From Callorhinchus milii (lineage: Eukaryota): 64,000 nucleotides of DNA. Shown here one piece after another: positions 40,757 to 52,552 of this stretch. The first letter of the stretch is position 1. Each line of letters opens with the position of its first letter. The position numbers were made by a program, and so were the translations under genes. The stretch covers positions 4,464,001 to 4,528,000 of the forward strand of contig NW_024704746.1 of the NCBI RefSeq assembly GCF_018977255.1, given 5' to 3'. The notes under the pieces are model-generated. The model was not told where the DNA came from. It worked only from the letters and a program-made list of their open reading frames with translations, and ran no database searches.

Positions 40757-42540
40757 TCCAGACACAGGGTAAACTTCCACATATATGCGGATGACACACA
40801 AATCTACTTTGCCTCCTCCAGCTTCATCTCCAGGTCCACCAATGTGCTATCAGCTTGTCTGGCAGACATCAGAGCCTGGATGTGTGCAAACTTCCTGCAG
40901 CTGAATGTGGACAAGACGGAAGCCATACTTTTTGGCTCCCGTCAACACCTTCGCTCCTGCGGATCTGAACTCCTCAACCTCCCTGTGCTCTTCCTTAGAC
41001 TCACCAAACCAGACCACAATCTAGGTGTCCAGTTTGACCCCCAGCTGTCCTCCCTCTCCCGTATCCAGTGCCTGACCAGGACCATCCTCCGCCACATTGG
41101 CCGCCTCTGACCATACCTTACCCCAAATACAGCTGAAATCTTCAAGCATGTGTGAGTCACCTCCTGCCTGGATTACTCAAATGCACTCATTGTCGGTTTG
41201 CCCAGCTCCACCATTGAAAAAATCCAGCTCATTCAGAACTCTGCCCCCGCATACTGATCCGGATCAAACTCTGTACCCCATCTCACCAGTTCTGGCCAGG
41301 CTCCATTGGTTCCCCATCACCGAACAGATCGACTTCAAGATCCACACTCTCGTGTTCAAATCCATTCACTCCCTGGCACCTTCATACCTCTCCGACCTCC
41401 TCACTCCCCAATCCACCACCTGGAGCCTCTGCTTGACCGGCACCGGCCTCCTGTTTGTCCCTTGCACACTCCGCCCCACCATTGGAGGTTGCGCTTTCAG
41501 CCACTATGCTCTGGAACACTCTCTCTCAATCCCTTCACCTTGCCCATACTCTCCCCTTTTTCAAGTCCCGCTTGAAAACCTTCCTTTTCAACCGTGCTTA
41601 CGGTCACCTCTACACTCCCTAAAACCACCCCCCCACCCTCAACTCGGCTCGGAGTCAGGCTCCACCACTGTTAAGCGCTCTGAGACATTACCCTGCATGG
41701 AGAGCGCTACATAAGTGCAAGTTGTTGTTATCTCCAGGGGGAAGATGACCGTATGCAGAATGAAAAAGATCTTTAGGCAGGATTTGAAGGTGGGGAGGGA
41801 GGGAGCAAGGAGGAGGGATTGAGGGAGTTTCAAGGAGTAGTGGCTGAAGGCATGTCAACCGATGGTGGAGCTGAGGCCACGAGCGACAAACAGGAGGCCC
41901 AAGCCAGCCGAGTGGAGGCAGCGGGTGGTGGAGTGGGGAGTAAGCAGATCGGATAGAAAAGGAGGTGCAAGGGCATGAAAGGGTTTGAAAATGAGTGAGA
42001 GGATCTTGAAATTGATCCGAAGTTGGGAGCCAGTGGAGCCTGGCAAGGACTGGTGTGATGGAGGTTCGGAGTTTTGTGCGGGTGAGTGTCCAGGCGGCTG
42101 AGTTTGGGATTAATTGGATTTTGTGTATTGTGGAACTGGGGAGACCATTGGAATAGCCCAGCTGGGAAGTGACAAAGGTGTGGACGAGGGTTTCGGCTGC
42201 TTTGGTTGCGAGACAGGGATGGAGGCAAGCAATGTGACGGAGGTGGAAAAAAGTGGTCCTGGTCAGGGACCAGATGTGGTGTAGAAGGGAGAGCTGGGGA
42301 TCGAACCTGACACCTAAGCTGCGCATGGGTTCGGTGAGTCTGAGGGAGATCCCGGGGAGGTTGAGGACTTCAGACCCACAGGAGAGAAGACATTGACTGG
42401 AGCCAAAGAGTATGGTTTCCATCTTGCCGACATTCAGCTGCAGGAAATTTGCGCTCATCCAGGCCTTGATGTCCATCAAATAAGCTGACAGGACATCAGC
42501 GGCCTGGAAGTGGCAGCTGGAACAGGAGAAGTAGATTTGG
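40757..42540. mobile_element. Two L2 fragments tail to tail (40757-41730 +, ~41720-42540 -)
   Basis: [31 protein letters not shown] on +; WMSANFLQLNVGKME on -. Confidence 0.85.
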
Positions 42541-42948
42541 TTTAATGCCTCATCTGAAGGATATCGCCTTCAACAATGCAACACACTTCACATTGTGGTA
42601 TGAACCTAAACCGTATAAATTGAACATCCTAACATGGTGCTTGAACTCGTAACCATCAACAACTGTGGTACTTTGTCAATTGTTTTATGAAAACCCATCA
42701 ATACGACATGAATCAATTACCCTTTATCTATTACCTCTGTGATTCTGGCAAATAATTCTATTAGAATTAAATGCTTCATGCGACTGACTTGGAGCTGAAG
42801 TTGGGAGTGGAGTGGGGAAGGGGCGATAACCGACATGCAGTTAAAAAGGGGGTCTTAAGGTGAGTTTTGAAGGTAGTGTGGGTGATATGCAGGGACGACA
42901 GGAATGTTCAAGAGCAGGGAGAGAAGGACGGAAAGCTTGCCCAACCCT

Positions 42949-43072
42949 GAGAGGAAAGTGGATTCACATTTCAGGTCAATGACCTTTCATCAGAACCTGA
43001 AACGTGAACCCACGTTCCTCTCTCCATAGATGCTGCTTGACCTGCTGAGTGCTCCCAGCGACTTCTGTTTTT
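42949..43072. mobile_element. Palindromic Penelope-like repeat remnant with a hammerhead-like core
   Basis: 27-bp inverted arms at 42949-42975 and 42996-43022; minus strand reads CTGATGA-A-AGGTC-ATT-GACCT-GAAA; followed by AGATGCTGCTTGACCTGCTGAGT...CCAGC. Confidence 0.55.
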
Positions 43073-43101
43073 TATATTAAACTGTTGGCTTCTTACAGTA
43101 C

Positions 43102-43143
43102 CTTTTGATTTGAGAGCATGTTTCAGCCCCTCTATTTCTGCAG
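43102..43143 (-). CDS. Candidate 42-nt heptad micro-exon of the B30.2 gene
   Basis: gttttcttcatcag|CTGCAGAAATAGAGGGGCTGAAACATGCTCTCAAATCAAAAG|gtactg; phase 1-1, encodes AEIEGLKHALKSK, compatible in phase with the SPRY exon. Confidence 0.45.
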
Positions 43144-43794
43144 CTGATGAAGAAAACAACTTGGTGTTATGTACCATCCAGAAGGATTTTTACAATTAAG
43201 AATGTTTCATTTTAGATTCAAAGCTTTACGAAGAAGGTCCACCACCAAAACAGGCCATTTGGCCACCCAGAACATGACAAAACAAGGAGGAAATGCCTAC
43301 TTAAGCTGTTAAGCGTTCTGAGATGTTACTTTGCGTGAAGGGTGCTATATAAACGGAAGCTGTTATTGTACTCCCTTCTCGTTTCAAATAATCATGTGGG
43401 ATCTTTAATATCTGCTCGAACAGGGAGACGAGGCCTCAGTTCAACATCTCATGCGAAGGACAGGACTCACAACAATGCAGCCCTCCGCAAGCATTGTTTT
43501 TAAGTGCCAGTTAGACTGTGAGTTCTAAGTGAGATTTGGACCCACAACCGTCTCTGACTTGTAGGCAAGGTGCCAGGCTATCCCATTAACTAAGCCAAGC
43601 TGTCTCGATGACAGACTATTTTGACTGATTTGAGAGAATGAAATACAATACAAATTGACATTCATATAACGCCTTTCACAAGGAGAGAATCTGCCAAATG
43701 GATGGATTGGCAGCTGAGCTGGGGGTGGGGAGGGGAGAAGACATTATTTTATTATCCAGGTGTATTGGTGGGTGTTGTACAGTCTCCTGAACAA

Positions 43795-44360
43795 ACAAAC
43801 AAAAATTACATGTGCATAGCAACTTTCACGTCAGGAGGACGTCCCAAGGCGCTGGTCAATCAATGTTTCGGATCGAAGCGGGGGTTGCGATCAGGGAGGG
43901 TGGAGGGCAGGGGGGGAAGGAGGGTAATTGAAGGCACGGTTGAAGAGGAGGGTCCTGAGACAGGACTTGAAGGAGGGAAGGGAGGGGGTGAGGGGGAGGG
44001 ACTGCAGGATGGAGTTCCAGCGAGTGAGAACAGAGTCACTGAAGACCTTCCTGTCAATGGTGAGGTGAGATGGGGGAACGTGAAGCAGATCGGAGCCCGA
44101 TGAGTGGAGGAAGCCGGCAGGGTGGTAGGGGGTTGCAGAGGCTGGGGGAGCCATGGAGGGCTTTGAAAGTGAGAACCAGGATCTTGAACTGTATCCTCCG
44201 TGTGATGGGAAGTCAATGGAGTCGGGCGAGGATGGGGGTGATAGGGTCGCGGAGACTGGTGCGGTGGAGGACACCGGCTGCAGAGTTCTGGATGTTCTGC
44301 AGCCTACGGAGGGTGGAGTTGGGGAGCCTGACAAGCAGGGAGTTTGTGTAGTTGAGCCTG
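43795..44360 (-). mobile_element. L2 LINE, 3' fragment
   Basis: Same family and tail as 3644-4175. Confidence 0.8.
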
Positions 44361-45702
44361 AATGTTATGAATTCGTATATGAGGGTCAACATTAGAAAAG
44401 TTTGCCAGGATGAGATACGTTAGGACATAGAAAATGGACCAAAAGCCTTCTGACTCATGGGTTGAGGTGCGAGGTGGTGAGTTGAAGTTAAATGTAAATT
44501 ACACCACATGTATAACCTAACGAACCTGTGCTGGAGAGATGCTTCTTATGGCAAATCCCTAATCATCTGTACTACTGTGGATTTTCCTTGTATGCAGATA
44601 TATTTATATTTTGTGCCTTAAAGATTATAACTGTGAACTGTCATTATTTCATGATTTTATAGTTATATTGAACGGATACATTTGAAAAATGGGACATGTT
44701 GGGCTTATTTGTTTATCAGCTGATTGAATTGAGTTAAGGGGTTAATTTAGCCCTGAACTAGACTTTAAAAGTACCTTGGGGAAAATAACAGTAGATGACT
44801 GTAGTTCAAATAAATGATGGGATTGATTGCAATGACCCAGTTGAAGTGTTGTGACAGGTTGGCTCAGTTGCTATCATTTTTGTCTGAGTTAGAAACTAGA
44901 AACAATACAAAAACACGAGTTTTTTTGTTTTTTATATCCATTCAATGATATTTGTTGGAATTTCGCTTGCTTGCGACAACCCAATGTTACATCACCTTTG
45001 CTGCTGCTCAGAATAAAGAATGGCCACAAGTTACTCTGTGAACGACTACAGTAAACCAAAAAGTTTCAGGAGAGAGAAAGCAAAACATCTTATTAACGGA
45101 ATTAGGCAGAGCATTCCCCCTTGATGGCTGTGGTGCAGTAAATTCATTNAAAAATATATTTAATTTTGCATCCTTGTTTATTTAAACCCTTGTTTAAATA
45201 ATATTCTTACTTTCCTCTGATGGTAATTTAATAAGGAGTCGTAATTTCTGTACAAAGGAGAGAGTCTAGTTCAAAAGTAAAGAAAACAACTATTTATTCA
45301 GCCTTCAGATTTTTCTGGAAAGTACATACTGTGCCATTAATCACACATAAATATGTGTAAGGTCCAGGAGAGTTAGTGCTGAAGTTAACAACATGGAATA
45401 CAAGGCTGTTATTCCAGAAATTAATGAATGGAAACATTATTCAGCTTCTGGAGACCTGATTTTACTTGTAATTGTATGCAGCAATTTGTAATACAGGTTT
45501 GACTTGCCCTTTCCTTTCCCTCTTTTAAGGCATACCTCAAATTGTGCCTCCTCCAGCCCTTCAGCTCCCACCCTCAGCTCTTGGGCTCTGCCAGAATTGT
45601 TAAGCGCTCTTAATTATAAACTGTATTATATTGTATAGATTGAATCAATAGACTCAATGTGATGAGTTAATAATCTGTGACATCTTTGTATTTTGCCACA
45701 TT

Positions 45703-46303
45703 CCGCCACTACCTCACCCCTCAGGCCGCTGAACCTCTTGTTCATGCCTTCATTACCTCCAGGCTCGACTATGCAAACGCCCTACTTGTTGGCCTTCCCA
45801 ACTCCTCCCTCCACAGGCTGCAGATAATCCAGAACTCTGCAGCCCGTGTCCTCTCCCTCACCAAACTCCGTGACCCCATCTCCCCCATTCTCGCCCGACT
45901 CCACTGGCTCCCTATCCTTCAAAGTATCCAGTTCAAGATCCTGGTCCTTCATGGCCTCGCCCCACCCTACCTCTGCGACCTCCTAACCGCCTCCACTCAG
46001 TCGGCTCTGGCTGCTCCACGTCCCCCGACCCACCTGCCCCACCATTGGCGGGAGAGCCTTCAGCCCCCAACCTCTGGATTCCATCCCCCAGTCACTTCGC
46101 CTCGCCCCCTCCTTAGCCTCCTTCAAGTCCCGCCTCAAGACCCTCCTCTTCGACCATGCCATCGGCTACCCCCTTTCACTCCCCTCTTCCCCCCACACAC
46201 CCACCCCCTCCGAGCCCAGCTCGGATCTGAAATGCTGTACTCTGTCCAGCGCCTTGGGAAGTCCTCCTGATGTGAAAGGCGCTATACAAATGTAACCTTG
46301 TTG
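45703..46303 (+). mobile_element. L2 LINE 3' fragment present only in duplication copy B
   Basis: HAFITSRLDYANALLVGLPNSSLHRLQIIQNSAAR; the empty site GCCACATTAAATTAAAAA is at ~30378-30395. Confidence 0.88.
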
Positions 46304-47629
46304 TTAAATTAAAAAACAACACATGCAGAAACACATCACCATGCTTAAGAGTATTTAAAGAGGACTGTGAGTTGCATATATGCACACCAGATCAGTATGG
46401 ATATTTGCCTTTGCCGCCAATGGTGTGCACTCCATTGAGATAAACTAGTGACAGAAGCCTGGCAGAGACTACATCTGGTTCAAACTATGATGTGTGAAGT
46501 GGGCAGTTTGATGGTATTTTAATGCAAGAAGTGCAGGAGTGTAAAATCATGGTATTGCACAGAACCTCAGCTTGTTTGTGTAATGGTCTTGCATTAGTAA
46601 TGTGAAACACATAGCTATTATGGTTTGAAGGAAAAGAAATCAACATTTGAAGTGTTGAATGATTTATTTTCAGACTATTTCCTAGAAGCAGTGAGAAGTG
46701 GGGATCTCAGAAACACTGTGGCTTGAGAGAACAGCAGCTGGAAGGTGTTACCTGGAGTCTGGATTTGTGAGACGCAGGTTTATATATAATCAATAATAAT
46801 GGTAATCCTTGCATTTGATATAGCGCTTTTCACATCATCTATATCCCGGGTTTGGATCTTATTCATTAGGATGCAAAGAGAAAAAAAGCGGCAGTTGAAA
46901 ATCTGTATTTCCAGCTCGTCGGACCCTCGCTCAATTGGTCTGTCTGATTTGTGAGCAGGAGAATGGTGGAATTGTCAGTCTGGTTTGGATACCCTTAAGC
47001 ACGGTGACAGGTTTCTGCATGTGTCAGATACCCGGCTGACCCCAAAATTGGGGTTTGGTGGCTTTAATCTTTAATTTTTGCCTTTGGCTTTAGAGTTAAG
47101 GGTGTGAGATGTGGCCCACAGGTTAAGATTAGTTATAAATTAAAAGCATTTTCTTCTTTTAAGGTTAGTTTAATGGTTCAAATTTTACCTTTGTGACTGT
47201 CTCCACTTTGTATCCACAAATGTTTCTTCTTCAACTCCTGCACGGTTTTGTGTGGTGTTCCTCAGGGCTCGGTCTTTGGTCCCCTCCTCATCAATATCTA
47301 TATGCTCCCTCTTGGTGACCTCATCTCTACTGACATCAACTGTACCTCTCTGCCTCCCCCTTGACTCCAGGACCACTGCTGTGCTGACAGAATGTCTGTT
47401 AGACATCAAGTCCTGGATGAGAACTAACTTTTCTATTTAAACGTCAACTCTCTTCCTCCACTTTCCCTCTCTCATTTGATCACTCTCTCAAGCGCAGTAT
47501 AAATTCACTGTTTGGGGTGGAGCGTCACTGCCACCCTGGAGCCATCCTGTGGTAATGCGATTGGATAAAACATTATATATTTGCATCAACCATCGCCTGC
47601 CAGTGGAAATGAGTATTTATTTGTCAATA

Positions 47630-47953
47630 TAATAATAATAATAATAATCCTTGCATTTGATGTAGCGCTTTTCACATCGGGAGGACGTCCCAAAGCGCTT
47701 CACAGAACACACTGTCAAGTGAATTGACTGTATATTTGTGGGCGAACGCGGCAGCCAATTGCGCACAGCAATGTCCCACAGACAGTCGTGGATTGAAAAT
47801 GACCAATTTATTATTGTTTTGGGTTTTGGAGGGATTATTATTAGGCTCTGTGTGGAGTAAGGAAACTTGCCCAAGGTTTCGCCCTCTGCCTGGAATTGAA
47901 CTCAGGTCTCTCACTGGCAAAGCGAGTGCTCTAACCACTGAGCTACAGGACTC
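47630..47953 (-). mobile_element. tRNA-derived SINE, full length
   Basis: Reverse complement closely matches 59821-60142. Confidence 0.9.
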
Positions 47954-48939
47954 CGATATAAATGTGATAATAATCCTTACATTTGATAGAGCTCCTTATC
48001 ACATCGTTGAGACGTCTCAAAGCTTTTCACAGGATATACTGTCAAGTGTAGTGACTGTGTTGCTCACAGCGAGCAAGCTGGTGCTTCCCTGAGGAAGCAA
48101 GCGATTTTATTCTGAGGGTGTGTTGGCCAGATCACTGGGAGAGAAAAACTCCCTTCTCTTTTTAAACAGTGTCGCAACAGATCTTTAATGTTCACTTGAA
48201 CAGGCAGACTGGACCACGGTTTCACATGGAATCTACAGCGTATTGTTTAAAGCGCTCACTTCTCAAGTGAGAGGACTGGGGTTTGATTCCCGACAGGGCG
48301 ACCCGCTGAGTGTTCCCAGCGACTTATGTTTTTGCAAGGATTATTAATAGGTTAGAGAAGACCTCAACCTAGAGAGAGGAATGCAAGAATTATGCTTGTA
48401 GTGCGCACAGGGGAAGCTCATGCTGTCGTGGATGTATGCATATGCCTATGTTATAAACCTGTCTGTGAAATCCTCAGCAACCACCCACCCCTGGGGGAGG
48501 AATGGAGTAGGGGAGCCAGACTCACTGCGTAATTGCACCTTCTGGCACTATGGGGGGGGGGAGGGAATAATAATCGTTACATTTCATACAGCACTTTACC
48601 AAGTCGTTGAGATATCTCAAAGCTCTGCACAGAATATACTGCAACGTGAACTGACTGTAGTTTGTGGGCAAAAACACAGTCATCACTACTTACAATATAT
48701 TCTGTGTTTTGAGTTGTCCTCTCGGGGGTGAAAGGCACTGAATCAGATGCCAGGGATTTCGGTGTTTGCGCTGCGCAATGCACGGGGGCGGGAGTGCTGC
48801 ACTTGACTGCAGATTCTGCAGGTGTGTGCATTGCGCTGGAGGCCAACCCGGGCTCCACCTTTGCAGATTTCTGAGCGACAACTTTCTTTTTTGCAGCCGC
48901 ATTAAATGCGCGGGAATATGCACTGAATGCAGAATTTGT

Positions 48940-49281
48940 AGCTCTATCGCATGCGCGGGTGCCCGGGAGCGCTGGGACCGCCCCTTTTGCATTGGCCCCG
49001 CCTCTTCCGAAGCTCTGCATTCGGTGCCGGGTCAGAGGCGCTCGACTGCGCTGGTGAACCCGCAACGCGAGCTTTCCCTAGCAACCGCCCCCGGGTAACG
49101 TTCCAAATCCCTAGCAACCGCCCCCGGGTAACGTTCCAAATCCCTAGCAACCGCCCCCGGGTAACGTTCCAAATCCCCAGCAACTACCCGCGCGCCACTG
49201 GACGCTGGGAGCGAGAGATTGAAGTTTGCAGCGCCCCCTCCCCCCCACCGCCCCCTCAAAAAAAAAACCCATTGCAACCGG
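48940..49281 (+). promoter_or_regulatory. SGF29: SGF29 CpG promoter and probable non-coding exon 1
   Basis: GC-rich; ATTGG plus GC box ~48991-49002; repeated CCTAGCAAC; CGG|gtaagc donor after 49281. Confidence 0.65.
49075..49184. repeat. 33-bp tandem repeat x3 plus a partial copy (TCCCTAGCAACCGCCCCCGGGTAACGTTCCAAA)
   Basis: Directly visible; it produces the 11-aa repeats seen in the ORF track. Confidence 0.95.
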
Positions 49282-49995
49282 GTAAGCAGTTTTAATGGTT
49301 TCTTTGGGGGGTTTTTGTTGGTGTTTGTAATCTGGAGGGGTATTTTGGGGGCTGGCGGTGTTTATTTACCAGGATTGCACCCCCCACCGTCTGCCCCGAC
49401 CCGACCCGTGCGGAAACCCAGCGTGTGCGTTGTTGGGTGGTGGGGGGTAACTGCTGGAGTCTAACCGGCTAAAGCCCCCGTCCGTGGCTGGCCATTGATA
49501 CCGCCGTCTGGGAAGCTTTCCCGTTGCTTGTCCAGCCAGGACCGCCCAACCCGTGAGGGTAACGGGGTTAACGGGAGCCGAGTGGGATGACTCCCGCGGG
49601 GCCCCCGGTGACCGCGGTGTCTGCGATGTTATCAGCACTGATAGCATAAGTGTTTACCTGGTAATGGGGAAACACGCCTGCAGTGAGCGAGCAGTAAATG
49701 TGCGGAAGCTGCAAGTGTTGTTTGTTTCGAGAACAAGTTCGGGTAGATTTCTGCCGGAAAATAATATCTGGAGGGATTGCCGCGGAGGTTTGGGCTCGAT
49801 CCCCACCTTACCGTCACTTGGAGGCAGCTCAGCTCCGGAGGACACGGACTGAGGAAGTAACGGAGGTCGGGGTTTGGGGAAAAGGCAGGGAAAAGGGATT
49901 AAAAGATCTGACAACCTAGTGCAACAGGCTGGGAGGGCTGAATGACCTCCTACTCCTTTACTAGTGCTTGTTATCCCGTGTTTTGTAGGTTGACC

Positions 49996-50070
49996 ATGGC
50001 TTTGGTGTCGACTGATACACGTATCTCAGAATTCCTGGGGAATTTGCACCAGCTGATCAAGCAAACTCAG
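49996..50070 (+). CDS. SGF29: SGF29 (CCDC101) SAGA subunit, coding exon 1 of 9
   Basis: MALVSTDTRISEFLGNLHQLIKQTQ. Nine exons (75+76+73+65+130+147+36+163+117 = 882 nt) join to 293 aa closely matching the recalled SGF29 sequence. Confidence 0.95.
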
Positions 50071-50265
50071 GTAAGAGACTCTCGCTGTCCTCACTCTCGA
50101 ACCACCGGCTCCCCGTTCACTCCCACTTGCCACGCTGTTGCTGTGCGCGTTTTGCCCTCAAAATATACAGTCGCTACACTTTACAGTGAATCCTATGAAG
50201 CGCTTTAATGCCCTCCTGGGATGAAAGGAGCTGTACAAATGCAATTTGTTGTTATTGTTGTACAG

Positions 50266-50341
50266 GAGGAACGTTCTAGAAGTGAACACAATTTATTAAA
50301 CATTCAGAAAACCCATGAGAGAATGCAGACAGAGCAAAAGA
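50266..50341 (+). CDS. SGF29: SGF29 coding exon 2
   Basis: EERSRSEHNLLNIQKTHERMQTEQK, bounded by ag/gt. Confidence 0.95.
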
Positions 50342-50372
50342 GTGAGTTATTTGAAAATTAATCCCATCACCA

Positions 50373-50780
50373 TGATCAGCCGGGTGTCTGATACACACGG
50401 AAACCCATTACCGTGATCAGCTGGGTGTCTGATACACACGGAAACCCATTACCGTGATCAGCCGGGTGTCTGATACACACGAAAAACCATTACCATCATC
50501 AGCCGGATGGATGTCTGACACACATGAAACCCATTACCGTGATTAGCCGGGTGTCTGATACACACGGAAACCCATTACCGTGATCAGCCGGGTGTCTGAT
50601 ACACACGGAAACCCATTACCGTGATCAGCCGGGTGTCTTGACACACACGAAAAACCATTACCATCATCAGCCGGATGGATGTCTGACACACATGAAACCC
50701 ATTACCGTGATTAGCCGGGTGTCTGATACACACGGAAACCCATTACCGTGATCAGCCGGGTGTCTGACACACATGGAAAC
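50373..50780. repeat. ~41-bp minisatellite (about 10 units) in an SGF29 intron
   Basis: CCGTGATCAGCCGGGTGTCTGATACACACGGAAACCCATTA units, with a recurring variant at ~50492 and ~50660. Confidence 0.92.
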
Positions 50781-50997
50781 CAACCAACCCCTCCCCGTTC
50801 ACTCTGACTGTCCACCCATCTCCCAACGCTCTCAACCTCTCCTCTGTCTATGGGTAATTTTCTCTTTGAGTGGTACACACACTGGCCGGGGGTGGGGGCC
50901 AGAGATGGTGAGACATCTTTTTTTGTGTTTGGGAGAAATAGGATATAAACAATTAAATTAAATCTCCCTCTCTCTCTCTCGCCTCCCCCCCTCACAG

Positions 50998-51070
50998 TTT
51001 CTCCCTATTACCGGACTAAGCTTAGAGGTTTGTACACAACAGCAAAAGCAGATGCTGAGGCTGAATGCAA
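50998..51070 (+). CDS. SGF29: SGF29 coding exon 3
   Basis: ISPYYRTKLRGLYTTAKADAEAEC, bounded by ag/gt. Confidence 0.95.
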
Positions 51071-51172
51071 GTAAGTGTTGGGGAACTTGTGACGTCTCGC
51101 TCTCTGTCCGTCTCTTTGTCTCTCTTATCGGTCTCTCTATTAGTCTCTAATCTTATTCTCTTTTATTTGAAG

Positions 51173-51237
51173 CATTTTGAGGAAAACCCTGGGAAAAATT
51201 GCGGAAATCAAGTCTTTGCTAGAAGAGAGAAGGATTG
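51173..51237 (+). CDS. SGF29: SGF29 coding exon 4
   Basis: NILRKTLGKIAEIKSLLEERRI, bounded by ag/gt. Confidence 0.95.
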
Positions 51238-51470
51238 GTAAGTGTTATCCGACGGGTTGGTTGGGGTTGAGATGGGATATGGTTAGGTTGGAGTTGGGGT
51301 GAGTTGGGGTTGAGCTGGCTGCAGTGGGACCTGGGGTGGGGGTGGGGTGGGACCTAGTGTGGGGTTGGGGTGGAACTTTGGGTGGGGTTGAATTGGGGAT
51401 GGTTTGGTGGGATGGTTGGGGTAATTACAGAGATGTTACTGTTATTGTCCTGTTCCCCCCTCACCCACAG

Positions 51471-51600
51471 CGGCACGTAACGCTGGGCTTTACAACGATA
51501 CTGAGCCTCCCCGGAAAACCATGAGGCGTGGAGTCCTCATGACTCTACTTCAACAGTCAGCCATGACACTGCCCCTGTGGATCGGGAAACCCGGAGACAA
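51471..51600 (+). CDS. SGF29: SGF29 coding exon 5
   Basis: AARNAGLYNDTEPPRKTMRRGVLMTLLQQSAMTLPLWIGKPGD, bounded by ag/gt. Confidence 0.95.
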
Positions 51601-52027
51601 GTGAGCAAGCTTCTCCCTTTCCTTTTCCAACCCCCACTTCCCCCCCCTCTCCTGACTACCTTCCCTCACTACCTCCACTAATCCCTCTCCCTCTCCCATA
51701 ACCTCCTGGCTCAGAGATGAGAGGACGACCAACTGAGCCAAGTGATATTAAGTCTTTCTTTCTCTCTCTCATTCTCAATCCTCTCTTTCTCTCACATTCT
51801 CTCTCTCTCTCTCTGCCTCCCTCACTCTGTATCATTCAGGAACTCTCTTGCTCACAGTCTCCTTCACACTTTCTGTCCGCCTCGCATGCTATCTCACACT
51901 CTTTCTCTCACAATCTCTCTCCCTGTCTCACACACACATACACACACTCTCTCTCTCTCTGCCTCTCTCACTCTCTTTCACTCAGGATCTCAATCTCTCT
52001 CTCCCACATTCTCTCTCTCTCTCTCAG

Positions 52028-52174
52028 GCCTCCACCGCTGTGTGGCGCTATCCCAGCCTCCAGCGATTACGTAGTTAAACCAGGAGATAAAGTTGCCGCG
52101 AGGGTGAAAGGTGTGGATGGGGACGAGCAGTGGATCCTGGCTGAGGTGGTCAGTTACAGTCACACAGCAAATAA
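52028..52174 (+). CDS. SGF29: SGF29 coding exon 6
   Basis: PPPLCGAIPASSDYVVKPGDKVAARVKGVDGDEQWILAEVVSYSHTAN (first Tudor domain). Confidence 0.95.
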
Positions 52175-52516
52175 GTAAGTCCCTGCCTCCCAGGTTCTCA
52201 CTCTCACTAAACTCCGCACACCCTTTGACCCAGTCCTCGCCAGCCTCCACTGGCTTCCAGCGGAGTGAATTCAAGCTCCTCGTCCTCATCTGCAAATCTT
52301 TTCACCCCTCTGACCTACTTGAACACCGCTCGCTCTCCCAGCTCCTCTCTCTGCTGGGGACTGGGCGCTTCTACCCTTTCACCTTCCCCAGGGACCTGAA
52401 GACAACCTCAGGCACAAGGGTGGGGTGGGGGGAAGCTTCCTCTATCTGATGGAGCCAGATCCTGGGAAGAGAGTGAGGAGATGATCAAATTGTAAAATAT
52501 CTGTTTTATTTCCCAG

Positions 52517-52552
52517 GTACGAAGTGGACGATATCGACGAGGAAGGAAAAGA
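52517..52552 (+). CDS. SGF29: SGF29 coding exon 7
   Basis: YEVDDIDEEGK, bounded by ag/gt. Confidence 0.93.

Noticed and set aside
42721-42760. Additional micro-exon of the B30.2 gene (ELFARITEVIDK-like)
   Set aside because: The available GT donors give phases incompatible with the phase-1 SPRY exon; unsupported without transcripts.
48577-49295. 100-160 aa ORFs over the SGF29 promoter (and 117-1250 near MFSD14A)
   Set aside because: GC-rich CpG-island and tandem-repeat ORFs with no recognisable domain.
50373-50780. Regular arrays resembling CRISPR (also 27185-27610)
   Set aside because: No unique spacers, no cas genes and a vertebrate intron context; they are minisatellites.
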